From positions 1 through 40,838 of the forward strand of contig NKIB01014757.1 in the NCBI GenBank assembly GCA_002256025.1: a DNA stretch of 40,838 nucleotides, in the 5' to 3' direction. The notes under the pieces are model-generated. The model had not been told where the DNA came from and did no database searches. It saw nothing but the letters and a program-made list of their open reading frames with translations. This document shows, piece by piece, positions 21,760 to 35,800 of the stretch. Every line of letters starts with the position of its first letter. Positions within the stretch are counted from its first letter, which is position 1. Origin of the DNA: Asterionella formosa (Eukaryota). Made by a program: the position numbers and the translations under genes.

Positions 21760-23020
21760 CCAAAAACAACACAATGGGACTCCCCACCCCTGAAGCCAAG
21801 AAAATCTTCAACCCTCTATCAAAGGAGTCCACCCTGAATGCAATCACAAAAGAAAAGAAATCTTTATGCAAGCAAATAACTCCAGCTCTGGATACCTCCT
21901 ATTGACTCATAATCTCAACCCACTTAACCAAGGAGACAACATCACCCATCATCACAGGTGGAACATCCATGAAAATTGCCAGTAATACATTGCTCACTCA
22001 CTCCAAATTGCATAAGATGACATGAATATCTGGAGATGGGGACATTGTTGCACTGTTCTCACACTTGCCACACATGCATACATTGTCTCCAAGTGGTACC
22101 ACATTTTACGAAAACACCGCAAGCTCCAACTGAGAATAAACTCAAAAGATCTATCACCCTCCCTGGTCGAAATATATACATGAAAAGGTCTTACCGGCCG
22201 GCACTTGTCCATTCGAAATTCAATGAACCTGTTTAAAGGGTACAAGGAGGAGCAGAGTGTTAGCTATTGTTGCCCTGCTGTGACTTGGACTCTGAGGATT
22301 ACAAGTCAAAATTGAAACAAATTCAAACCACACATGGAGCAAAGGCTAAGAAGAAAGCAATACAATCAAAGGCGCGAGAACACAACTTATCAATTGAAGA
22401 GACTAAAGCAAAAGTTATGGAAGGCAAAAAAGGGTCTGTTGCAGGTACTTTGGGAGCATGGATTTATTGACGAATTGAGATTGTAGAGCTGCAGCCACAT
22501 TGAATGGAAAGCAGGATACATTTGGATTTGTCCTGAAAGATTTTTCTTTGAATTCGCTGATGGGAAACTGGCTGTCTTGATTTCGGAGAAGAGGAGACAC
22601 TATTGCAGTCAATGGGAAATGATATGGGAGTACTTGTTGACCGAACAGCGAAATGTCACTGTGAGCAAACTTGCAGGAGAGGGAATCAAGTATTCTTGGG
22701 CTTGCGCCAAGAATTTTTACCGTCGGGTTTCTCTGAAGAGGAAAAAGGGTAAAGAGAACTTCAGGTCTGTGGTGCAAGAGAGCATGTCGACAGACAAAGT
22801 GTTAACAACAAAAGGGATAAGACATTTTTCAAGGCGAGCAAGACAATACATATGTGCATACTTCAAGATTTGGAAAGATCTTGACAAACAACAACAAGAT
22901 GACAACACATGAAGCGGACCCCATCAGCGTTCAGAAGCTTGTCAAACAAATCAAAACACACTTCTGTGCCCTAAATTTCAACACAACCTTCTGCAAGGCA
23001 ACCTATGTCTACAATGTAAC
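21760..23020 (+). pseudogene. Degenerate Tc1/IS630-like (DDE_3-type) transposase remnant
   Basis: Across a frameshift near 22665 the sequence reads RTAKCHCE / LAGEGIKYSWACAKNFYRR, resembling the PKxHCELxxxxIExxW motif, followed by IRHFSRRARQYICAY. Many stops; no TIRs found. Confidence 0.65.
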
Positions 23021-23886
23021 ATAGCGAACAAGAGAGCAACGAAGCAAATAAGAAGCAAGCGGCAAATTTAACAAACATGAATGACGACAACAGATCAATG
23101 TTACATACCTTTTGAGGGGAAAGGAGCGGAGGGCAATATTTATATATCAAAGAATTTGTTTCAATTTTGTATGCATCACAATTTTTTACTCTTAATTATT
23201 AAATGCAAAAGAAAATCTATACTAAGGCCTACGTATCCTACTATATTGATCTTCAGGTTGCAACCAGCCAAAGGGAGGAGGGTGGGATGGAAAAGAAAGA
23301 AATGAGTTTGAGGAACCACAAAGAAACATCAGGACTGCAATGGGATCATGGTGATCTGATAAACATAGATTCGCAAGCATAAGACAAGAAAGTGGGCACT
23401 GGTTGACATACATAATTTCGACTGGCGTCTTTGGCTTCAGTACCTGGTACCGGTAGCCGACCTTGTTAGCTATTGCTCCAGCAATGCTCTATCACGACTC
23501 CGGATATTCGGTCGACTTACAGAGTATGTTCGTACACCTGCAGTACAGTTGGTTCGAATTGGTCGTCTCGCCATCGATTTGTCCCAACACCACGATTGCA
23601 ATCAGCCATTTGCCCCGAAATAAGTTCTACAGTACATGCAATCCTTATTCTAACATACAAATATGATTTTCTACGTCCCGCATAAGCAAAGCCTAAACAA
23701 TTTTCTGTATCCTTATGTATGGCTGGACTGATAATGATGCTAATACATGAATTGATTGTTGTTGGTTCTACCATCACTTCCGACGTACAAGGAAGCTGAA
23801 TGAATTAATCTGTATTGGCTCATCACAAGAATATTGTTCTTTATTGCTCACTTATTTAAAAGAAACGAGCTCCGCAACGCTTGAAA

Positions 23887-26800
23887 ATGCCCCCCAAAAG
23901 AAAGAGGGGCGAAACCACCAAAAGGTTCGTGCTGAACGAGGGTTGCCGGTACTGCCTTGGCTAATTGGGACCTGAAGCTGCAGTGCCTGCTGGACATTTC
24001 TTCGATCCAGGCGAGCTAACTCTTTCCTGAATTCTTTGATTGACATCGCAGCAAAGCTGCTGTAGCAGCCTCTGGCGAGAATGACGACGAGGACATGTCT
24101 GAAAGTCTCAAGTCTTCCATGACAGTCCTTCTCGAAAACTTGAAGCTCCTGTCAATGGATAAATCGCGTTGTTCGGAAACGTTGAGTGCTTTGACTGAAG
24201 GACGGTGCTTGGGAGAAGCATCAAAGAAGGATGAGCATCCTGATTGCTATTGGGTACTCCTTTCGACCCATGTTATTAATCGAATGATTCAAGTTTTGGA
24301 AAGAGAATCGACCGACGAGTCAGAATCTGTCGCTGTTGTGCTTGCTGCTTTGTGCTATGCTTTGACAAACGTTTTCTTGTCTGATAAGGTAAAGCTAGAG
24401 CGGAGTGCGAATGCAGCGACAGCTTCACATAATGCCGCGAAGTTTGTCAGATCTGTGTTGGGTCGGGCTATTGTAACCATTACGATTGGCAGCACTTTGG
24501 CTCTGGAGCACTTGGTTGGTACTGTTCAGTACAAGGCAGATCCATTCTTGATTCGAAAGGCTCTGTGGTCAGCCTTGTTTTCCCTTGATATGGTAGTTCA
24601 CTTCAATATAGTTAAACCAGCAGTATCAGTTGATGGGTGGCATTTCGCTTTGAATTCCCTTTTGGAGGACGCAGCAACCTTGAATGTTGACATTATGGAG
24701 ACCACAATTCAAAGCGTAGAAAATGTCATGAAATTAACGATGGAAGAAGAATCTTTGATTCAATCGCTAGTTGAAATCAATGGGCCACCCATGGCAGAGA
24801 AGGCAAAGCGAGGTGGACGGAGGTCCTCAACAAAGAAATCTTCAGTTTTAGCGGATACTTTTGGACTCATAGCGGAAATCGCACCCGCCAATACAATCTC
24901 TTTGGATGGAAGGATTTCTGTTCGACGATGGGCCTCCATGGCCTTTGTTTGGTTGTGCCAAGGTGAAACTCGCGGAATGGACATTGTCTTGTCGCTACTT
25001 GAAAATGAAGAAATGTGGGGCGCAATATTGAATTGTCCAGCCAGATCTATTGAAATGGAAGCTCATACAAAAAAGAAGGGCGTAAAAGGCAAGAAAACCC
25101 CCATTGAGATCAAGACTGTAGAGATGGTCCGTGTTCCTGGAAACGTTGCTGTGACTACACTAGCTTCTCGTTTTGTTGATCTAATTTGCGTGAGTGGAGC
25201 CAATTGTGGAGCCCGGTCTCCCACTGGTGGTATGGACACTTATGTGGCTGCTATTTTGAGCCCTTCCGAAACAAGGAAAAAAGTATCTAAGACAACACAG
25301 CTCTTACGGTCAGATATTCGGAATATCTCGACTGCTGCCATTTATTCTCTAATTAGTGTCCATGTCAGATGTATCCGTCAAAATGTGAAACTCGATTCGC
25401 TTGAACGAAGTGATCGTAAAGGATTCATGGTGTTAAATGACGAAACCAATGGTCCTTTCTCACCGGTTCCATTGAATGGAGAAATGCTAGCAATCGGCGA
25501 GGCATTATACTACCCATCATTGCACAAGACACTCGATGCTCTTTGTAGGGCATCACCTCCAAGTATCTTTTCATCGCATGATATATCAGCTGAGTCAAGC
25601 AAGAAGCTACTGACGATTGCTTCTGCTTATATCCTTGGGTCTCCTTGTCGTTATGGCACGACTAGAATTGTCGACGTAAAGCTTTACAACTTTGCTATCA
25701 GTCAAGTTGGGAATAGTTTGAGGATACTGTTCGAAGACGACGAGGACATGGTGGGCGAACGTAACGATTCTAAGCAAGTGAACAATGACGCAACGGCAAA
25801 GGCTTTTTCTGCACTAAAGCCCCTGCCAGCTCCGATAATGCCAAAAACGACGAAATCTAGAAAGAAGAAAGGGCCTGACGGCTCAGATGATTGTACTTTT
25901 GCTGGCATATTTGATCTTACAAAGTCCCAAGAATCTGGTCTGATTCTGGATGAGGACCTCTTCAAGCTCTACGTCCGTGCCTTTATAAAGGAAAAAACAA
26001 CTGTAGAAGATTCCTCACCGATTTCCGTGTTCTTTTCTGAGATGTTGGAGCTCATTCAATGTTGCTATGATACTCGGGTGAAACGAGATCCTGGCATGGT
26101 ATTTACATCGCAAGCTTCCTCGTCCACCCCGCAAGGAAAAACAAAACGTCGAAAGCTTGCTGAAAGCCAGGTGGAGAACATGCGAGATTCAGTTGGATAC
26201 AGGTAAGTTTGGCTGAGCCTGCATCACAAAATCTGCTGTATTGAATTAACTCATACTACAATATAATTCTTGTTCATTCTAGGAGGCTTAATATGTTCCG
26301 AGCCGGTCTCGCCTCGGATATCTGGAACGTTTTACAACTTTGTCTTACATCGCAGTTTACAATCCGAGCAGAACTGCAGCTCTACCTACGTGAGTCTTTC
26401 ACGACAGACAACATGTGCCTTGTTCTTGAGTTAAGTGGGATGTTGGACTCAATAATGTCCACAGCGAGGAAGGATGGCCGATCAAGCGACACTTACCAAC
26501 AATACCAAGGAATAGCCTTTTCCGACTCTGGAAACTTTAATTTGTTTGAGCGTTCCCTTTGGACTGCTCACATCAACTGTTGCATGACATTGAGTAGGGG
26601 TCATGTTTCGTTCGATCCAACTTCGCACAATTCGTCTCGACCAATCCTTGGATCCGCCAGTACAAGACATTTAGTTTTCATGGAGATCGCAAAAACTAAC
26701 GCAAAACCAGAAAGTGCGGGCAGATGGCCTCTATGCCTTTCAGGGACACAGCATGCTTTTGTTTCCTCCAATTTATCGAGCGAATCCACCGCCGTAATTA

Positions 26801-29800
26801 ATCAAGAGAGCTCCAGTCCAGATCGATTTATTGCTGAATCATTGATAAATTCTATCGCTGACGTCTTGAAGAATCCTATTGAAGTGTCGAATGCCGTCTG
26901 GTATAGGCAGGTTGAATCTACGAAAACTGGATGTGAAGAAGGAACAACAGCTGAATGCTTCCCGCTTTCGCAGAAAGACGGCAGATTGCTGCTCATGGCA
27001 GTTAGTCGTTTACCAAGGAGTGATCAAATTCAGTGCCTCGCAAGCTTCGTGGATTCTCTCTTCACTGGCCTCACAGAATTGCAATCATTCAATCATCGAA
27101 AGTTTGTCTGTGACCACCCTGAAGTTTCTGCTTTTATTGCTCGGGTTATAACCGTGTGTTCAATCATGATAACTATGGTGGATGTCGGTCCAAGCCTCAG
27201 AGATGCACTTTTTGAGCAAGTAGGCTCAACAATGTATCAATTACCATTTCTGGTTTCAAGGCTGGACGCAATTAACGCATTTTCTAGTCAAGACCACTTA
27301 TGGCACAAGCGAGAAAGTTGTTTTATGGGAGTTTTCACAGATTGGGACTCGCCAATAATCCCGGACGTCGGCACTCTAGTGAAAAAGGACACACTGAGCC
27401 CACTTAGTCTGTCTCATTTCGAAACAGTTCTGGAGATTGCATTCAATATTGGTCTAGATGCTGCAAAGGACGACAGAGGATACCTCCTATTTTCAGCTTG
27501 GAATGCATCCGGCCGTCGAGCATTGTGGGATCAGAAATTGCCATCAGAGATTAACGTGCGGTCGTACTCTATCAAGGAGCTAGTGAGTCCTAAATTTTTT
27601 ATGGACCTCCGCGAGGATATTTGTTTGGTCTATCGCCAAATCCATGGCAGTGGAGGTGGATTTGCAGATTCGATTCTGTCAGCATCATGGAACAATCGAG
27701 ATCAAGACAGTCTTTCTTGCCCACCTTTGAACGAGATGCTTGCAGCAATGATGACGAAGGCTGAGACTGTAGTCGATGCATTAGTCGAGGGATTACAGAC
27801 AAAGAATTGTGTAGAATTGAATTCATTACTTTGTTACTCCCTTATCGAAGCGCTTTCTGTCTACATTGCCTTTGTTGTATCGATGCACACAAAACCTGGA
27901 GATTCCTTCTTGAAGAAAGCAAGGCATATTTTACGGAGAAAGCCATGCCCTAGACTCCGAACTGGGGATGATGTTGCAATCATGGCATCTGCATTGTCTG
28001 AGGACGATGTTTCTGGTCGTCCGGAAGGTGACTACCACGAAGATCAAGAAGAAGGGAAAGTGGGTGCTTTTGTAAGGCTTCATGATGCATGCAACGCTTT
28101 TGGTTCCGCGCCAATTTATCCTGACTGGCTGGATGAATCATGTCGCTATCACGAAGGTATTTCAAATACTATTGCCCTTGATCATGCCGAGCGAGCATTG
28201 CGATGCCTTAATTCACTTAATCAGGTTGCGTTTTCACGCTACACTGAGTCACTCAATGAGGTTTTAGGAAGTTTTGCAACGGATTCGGATAACTTGATCA
28301 CCAGGACGGGTATTGCAGTCCGAATTTGTCTACAATCACAAGAAGAATCAAATGCAATGAACATTGGGTCAGACGAGGAAGGAGAAGGTGACGGAGAATT
28401 TGTGAGTTCTGTAGCTTCGATTGTTGGTTTGGATGAGGCAGCGGTAAGGTTTTTTCTCCATAATGTCGAGTGTCAAAACCGTAAGTCATCGAAAAAAGCC
28501 TGGTGCCCCAATTCTGCTCAGCGTATCTGTGGTTTCATTCAAGATAGAAACATGCACATTGTGGGTATGGATGCATATCCTGCTGAGTATCGAGCATGCG
28601 GTGAATGGGAGTTGTTGCTTTCAGAGACACTCTTGGGGGCCTGCTTGAATACCGATATTGAACGCGGTGTTGACGCGAAAATGCCTTCGTTGACTGACCA
28701 GTCCCACGCCTATAGGAATGGAGTGAAGGCATATGCAACTGCAGAACGCTGGAGAAAAGTATTTGAATCAGGTGTGTCTCACCTTGCACCTGTTACAGCA
28801 TTGCTTCGATTCGGGATGAGTTGCGGTGCTGGACGAAAAGCACACCCTTTTAGTGATGGCAAGGTGGCAGAATGTACAAAAGAGGTTAGAGTCAATGAGT
28901 CACTCCCAATGGAGTCAGCAGTCATAAATATTACTGAGAATGGGAAGAACGCATTTTTCCAGACACTCCGTCTTCTGTCTAAAATTTCAATGTCAAACAG
29001 GGGAGAAGTTCGTTTGAAACGCGCATGTTTTGCTGCAGCATCCAATCTCCTGGTTGATACGGACAATTTCAGCCAACTTGAGGCCATGAATGATATTTCT
29101 TTTATTTTTTCACTGTTGCCCCTTCTCACTAAACAATTGAAGTGCTCTCACTTTGTTGTTGGAGATACACCTGAGATGCGGTGCTTCTTGCTGGACAAGC
29201 TTATCATCCTTCTTCAGAGTCGTGGAATGGCAACCCTTTACTCGCATGGCAGCTCGCCTCCAATATCGATGATTGTGGCCTATTTGAGAGACGATGCCTT
29301 TCTCAAAATTGATACAATCGTTGCAGCATCAGTTCCTTGTAGTCACCTTGTTGATGCAGAAATTGAAACTGTTGGGGAAAGTAAAGTCATCAAAGGAGGA
29401 AAGCTTAGAGAACTTGTACAAATCCTATGTGATCGGCGATTCGAGACCAATTATGAGCTACGATCACGCCTCGTTGGCGTTCTTTGTTCTGTTGCTGAGG
29501 ATGACTATAGGTTGCACACTTCTGTACCACAACCTAAAGCAATGTGTGCTCCTTTGTTAGATCAGCTGGTCAAGGCACTTTCTTTGTCTGGTAAGAGACC
29601 AATACAATCCATGATAAGAGCATCATTACTGAAACACCATGGCAATTCAGGCAACGCAACTTTTGGAAGTCTTGTTGCACATTTGTGTCGCTTCCTGTCA
29701 CTTCTAGTAAGTACGCCGAGCTTTGTTGAGTCGAATGTACCTGATGAACCAAGCACTGCGTCAAGCATTTTTGAGGTCTTGATGGAAGGAGTTGAGCAAA

Positions 29801-32800
29801 ACATGCTATGGTCTCCAGAATCTGGTGATGACACAGCATTGACACTGACTTTTCTCCTAGGAACCTGTGAGTCTAAGCTGCATTATATAGGAAATGTTCT
29901 GTTTGACCTTTCACGGTCTAGGGCTGATACCTGGAATGCACAAAATGAACTCCACATGCTCCCTCTTGAAAAGTTGTTTGAATTTGTCCGCAGTCTCGCC
30001 AAGGCGCTCTCTATGCGCTCGTTGGGAACTGTTGAAATGGAAAAGTCTGAGTCTTCTTTCACTGGCCAAGACATTTCAATCTATGCAGATCGCAACAAAC
30101 TTGATAACAATATTGGTCATGGCACATTGTTAGCACCAACAAGCGCAACACCACGTGCTTGCTCCTTTGTGCTCAGAAGTGGATTCCATGCCCAGCACTG
30201 GTATAATTGCTATACATGTGGACTTATTTGGGATAAAGGCTGCTGCACACTCTGTGCCTTAACTTGTCATTGTGGCCATGAAGTGGCATATTCTCGACAC
30301 AGCTCTTTCTTCTGTGATTGTGGGGCTGAAGTTGCCAGTGCGGTTGATGAGAATCGAGTGACTTGTAAATGCATTAGTCCTCTTTCCAGCGAAGATGCAA
30401 ATAAAATGTTTGACTGCGATATTGCAAAAAGTTTCCTTGCAAAACCAAAATCCGAGTCTCCCACAACTTTCATTTCATCAAAATTTGAAACTACCGTGGA
30501 CTCGGCAAAATTGGTATCTGTCCACGATATTGCTGCTCTAGCATTCCCTATAAAAGCAGCCATGGCCATGCAGAAGTTCAAGGATGCAGCAGACAATTCG
30601 AAGTGGACATCATTGCTCTTCCAGCTCTTGGGGAATCTCAACTTCCCTGCTGAGGAAAATGATTGGAGTACAATGATTGATTTTGGTCAAGGGTTTGGTA
30701 TTGGTCATGAAAAGGAATCCAACTCACATGAATCTCTGACTTCAAAACTTCGTAGTCGATCTGGAAAAGTTATTTCTATTGATAGAATTACTGGTATGGC
30801 ACTTGTGCCCATTAGAGCTGCCAGATCAGGTGCTTTCAATGTAAAGCTCTCATTAGATACCACGACTGATCGACTTAAACGTGCTGTGCTTTTGAAAAAT
30901 GGAGTCAACCGCAACATTCTTGCTTGTGATAGTAGAGGACGGTTTATTCTTGCAGAACCATGTTCTCTCCTCTTCTGCTCTGCTCTCCCAACTGTGAATA
31001 TGACATTCATACCCGACGCAATAGAGAATCTGAGTGCGAGGTCCCAAATGAATATCCTTGGTTCTGCCACGGTGAAGTTCAATATTGTGGGTGTTAAGTT
31101 GTGCATTGAAAATGAACGGCACCTTGTAGTATGGGGTGTCTCGGAGGCCCTTGTTGCAATCCTCAGTCCACACTGTGACTCCATTGAGCGTTCGATTGAT
31201 TTGAAAATTGATCTAGATCGCAATGAGGGTGAAGCTGACTTCTTAATAAAATGTGAGTGGATTCCTGGTTCTCAGTTCACTGTTGCTGTAGTCTGTGGAA
31301 CAGCCATAAAAGTTTTTGATATTAGACAAACAGAAAATAACCGAGCTGCCCCGTCTGTCAGCTACAGCTTGGCTCAAGATGCAATTGTCAGAAATGTGGC
31401 ATTTGTCCCTTATCATGAGACTCCTTTGAACTTGATCAAATTGTACATACTGCTTGACACTGGAAGATTGCATGCTGTAGAGATGCGATTTGATGCCAAT
31501 GGCGAGATTGACGATCATGCGTCACGGTACCTGGAATCGGGAGACTGTGTTGCACTTCCAACAGAAGGTGTAAGTTCCTTTCAAGGCCTTGACCCTGCAT
31601 CTGCAGGTTCGACATCCAGAAGTTTAGGGGAAGGCTCCAGTTTAGATTTCCTGTCACAGAGTAGGCTGCTTCTTTACAAGTGTGTATCCTCGTGTGTCCT
31701 GGCTTTGGTTCTTGACAACAAAGCCAACGTGGTTGGCAGTTTTGAGTTTCTCCCAAATGTTATAACTTCTGACAATTTAGGCTTTGGATCAGAGGGGTTT
31801 TATATGACTGGGCCCTACACACTATGGACAGAGTTTGGTATCGTCCGGAACGAGGCTTTTCGGGTTCTCTGTGTCGCCAAATCTTCACGAACAAACCAAC
31901 CGCGATTGCTTTCTGTTGAGTTCAATGATCATTATACGAGAGTGAAGGAGTTTACCTGGTCTGTTACAACCTCCGTGGGGCTTGGTCTTAGCCTATGCTC
32001 CTCATTTGAGGGACTTGCGGCATTTTCCTCTCCTGCTATCTGCTGTAACAATGAGAGTTTCAGGGAGCGAGCGTACGCCAGTATTGTCACGTCCAGTGGA
32101 GCCATGTTGATCTACGGTGAGGATCAAGAGGAATGTGGCACGACGTCTGCGGCCACGATTGAAGCCAAAGATACCAAAACAAATGCATCTATTACAATTT
32201 TTGAAAGGCTTGTTGACATAAGTGACCACAACGATTTGACATTCGGAGGAGATGCTGTCGGGAGCGATCCTGAAGGCGCAAAGATGAAGCTATCTGTGAA
32301 TAATAGTATGTCCCTACTTAGCCCTAGCAGGGAAGGTTGTACTCTTACAATTTTCCTATCAAATTTGTCTAGCAGCAGCGGGGAGAAGAATACAGAATCC
32401 TACAAAAGGCGAGAAACAAGAGCTGCAGATATAGAAACTCCCCCGCCAGCTTCCAAGGAGAACCGCGATCAACAAGACCTTGTGATTGTTGCTTTACGAA
32501 TTCTAGTTGGCTCCACTTCCCATGAATGTATTCCTCGGCAACTGCTTGTTGAAGGCCGTTCTCATCAGTTGACAGCAGATATGAAGCGATGGTATGATGT
32601 CCCATTCACAAAAATGGATATTCTCCTCGGGCTCCGCAATGGTTTTGTGACTGTTGGAGTCGCTTCTTCATTTTCAGGAACAAATCCAATGATCGATGCA
32701 ATTCAGGTTTATGCGATTGACAGGAAGACCATAAGTTCTTGGGTCCCTACTGTTTGTTCCCACCCAATGATACTGACATTCTCTACACAGAATGTTGTTA

Positions 32801-35800
32801 CTTCTCCAAACCCCGAAGACACAAATCTATCGCTTGTACTAACCTTAAGAGCCCTCAAACACCTACATCATATTCTCGACTCTGATTGGAAGCAAGGTAC
32901 AGTTGAAAGCGTTATCTTGAAACGCCTTGTTCGTGCGATTGCAGTTAATGGAAACCAAAAACTGAAAGAAGCAATGTTTTCGTTGCTCCAAGAAGTGGTC
33001 CCAGACGAAAACGATAGGCAGCTTTTTCTTGATGAGGCTACCCTCTCCGGTGTGGCGAAAAACTTAAACCTAGCACTTGAAAAATTAATCGGAGGAGTGG
33101 ATATCGAAGATGACGCACTTCGAGTTGTGCTGATACAGGCCATGAGAGGGAGTTTGAAGGCATCTATTAATATTGCGGAATGTCGGCCGAGAAACTATGC
33201 CTTGTCAACTGAGAAACTCATCTCTGAAAAAACCTTGAAGGGTTCAATTTCAAAGTTGGCTAGAGACTTGCTAGAAGAAGCTTATCAAAATGATCAGATT
33301 GTTATTGCCCTTGTTGATGACGTCGTGAAATTGATTTTGCTGGAAATAGGAATTTGTCATAGTTTGATTGGAGTCGAAAAGGAATTATTTCCTTCCATTT
33401 CCTTGATTGGAGAATTACTCCATTCGTCCAGTGCATCAGTTGTTCAAAGATGCAGCAATGCAATTGCGGAATTCGTCGAGAGTAAGGAGAAGAGGCCCAT
33501 TGGAAGCTCAATCGATAAAATCGTCGACATGGCATCGCAGCCAATTGCCTACCAGTGTGATAGCTGCTCCAAGTTTCCAATCATCGATTTGAGGTATACT
33601 CTTCCAGAAGGCGACAATTATGATATTGATTTGTGCACTAATTGTTTTCTAATTGCTGATCAGTATGCTATGCGGCACCTTTACGACGACAGTTCGACCG
33701 TGGTTATCAATGGAAAAACTATAGGCGAGGGAACAAAGCTTTCTTGTCGCGAAGTTAATTTGATGCGACCTGTTCCAATTTTCAACGGGCCACTGGTTGA
33801 ACAAGCGGTGATGGAAGTGAAGACTGCAGTGGCACATGGGAACTCAATAGGGAAAGGATCATTTGATGAAGACTCGTCACTCAAGAAAGCACTCAGTCGC
33901 CAAGAGAACATGGGCGAGTCAGTTGACTTTGCTCCACTAGTGGAATCTCTGTTTCATGATATTCTTGAGCTGACTTCCTCTGTACTTTCTAGCAGCGATG
34001 CTGAAAAAATGTCGGATGTGAAGACCAACTCTCTCCTTTCATTGGTTCTTCGTTTTATTAAGACTTCAAAGAACGAGGAAGTTCATTTATCGAGGGCAAA
34101 GCTGTTCGCAATGGTCGTCGCCAAGCATTTATCAACGCTTTTGAGCGACCTGTCACGTAGCAATGCAAAACACTCTAGGAAACTTCAACTCATCAACTGC
34201 CTCCGATCGCTATCTCAGCTGTTGGCAAGCAACTACGGCAGTGAGGCTCTAGTTTCAATTGAATCATCGTCTATGGCGATGTCGTCCCCTCCAAAATCTA
34301 AAGACAAAACCGACCCTCGTTTTGTTTGTGATGAGCATGTTGTTCCTGCAGTGAGGCGTAGATGCTCTCGTGGCATCCACAAGAACCGGCGCTTTTATGT
34401 CTGTGGGGTAGAAAGAAGGCATAGATGTACATACTTTAGGTGGGCTGATGATGATGAAGAAGAATTGGAGCCTTCTCCGCCGCAATCAGCATTCTCGAAG
34501 GAGATGGAGACAACTCTGTGGAAGTTTATGGAAGAGCCCCACCAGAAATCGCAAATACCCCTCAGTACCCAGTTGTGTGACCTCCTCGAAAGCGAATTGA
34601 TTAACCACGACAGAAATATAGATTCTATTCTTCCAAGCGAGGTCAAGTCCAGTGGACTGCAAAACAAGTCAGGCGCAAAATCGCTGACCTTGGCCAGCAT
34701 ATTTGACCGGAAACGCGCTCTTGCTGAACTGAATGACAGTGTGTATTGTAGCAGAGAAAAGCTTCTCGGAATCAGCGGTGATTTCCTATTGATGAACGAG
34801 TCGCGTAACGAGGCATTGTGTGCACTTGTAGACGAGATGGACGAGAAGGACGTGGAAGACAAAGTTGTGGAGGCCATCCTTGATTTGGTTTCAGCTGTTG
34901 CTGGTACAGTGGTGAATGACTATTCCCACGATGACTCGAACGCGCATGCTCGGTGGTTTTCACTTCTCTGCGAAATCATTAGTTTGAGTCCGTCTGAACA
35001 ATTTCGTTCGCAGGCTAAGAGAGCTTTGAAACGCCTCTGTGGGGGTAGACGAGCTCTTTACCATAGTGTTAGAGACCACTATGTGTTTGGCTTTCAGTTT
35101 AGGCTGTTGCTGCAGCATGCGTCAGGGTCACTTCAAGCATCCTTGGATGTGCTGGAACAAGCGAAGCAATGTGGACCACACTGGTCTGACGAACCGTGTG
35201 CCTGGGAAACTATTGACGCTGGGGCGCTCCTGGGGACACTTGACCTCATCTCTGAGGACACCTTGTCTGTTGAGAACAACAAAAGAATTGGAGCAATACT
35301 TGACGAGCTCATTAATGTGACCAAGAGTCGTGGCGGAAATTGGAGGCAATTTTGTGGTCTGTTCTCGTTGCCTCGCACAGAGCGAAATCTCAAGTCCAAC
35401 GCGCACAACGATCATCCTATATCGCAAACTGATGAAACCAACTTCTCTGGCACTCCGCCTATTGTTTTGCTACTATGGGTGGCATGTTCTTTACCAGGTC
35501 CAAACCAAGTGAAGGTCTTGAAGCTGATCGAATGTGCATTAACTTCAGATAGCAATGGTATCCAATCTGAGTCACTACCTGATGGTCTTGATGTGGCTGA
35601 CGATGATACCCACAGCTTGGACGGTACCCCTACAATTGAAAAAAATGGTTTGATGCCACCAGGGACGAATCCTCTGGCTTCAGTGATTATTAATAGTTGC
35701 CCAGAAGAAATTTTGCTTTCTCCTGAAAAGGGTCTCTCGGTCAATGAGTTGCATGCTTTTGTTTTGCAATTTGTTCTTCGAGGTCGCTCACAGGAAATCC

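Noticed and set aside
21005..23440. Possible TIR pair for the DDE_3 remnant (CTGCAGCTGACAAAAAGAC versus GTCTTTGGCTTCAG)
   Set aside because: Match too weak and gapped to support.
24095..26206. 703-aa ORF as an independent gene
   Set aside because: Its stop lies inside a canonical GTAAGT donor, and the 80-nt intron joins it in frame to the 3897-aa ORF.
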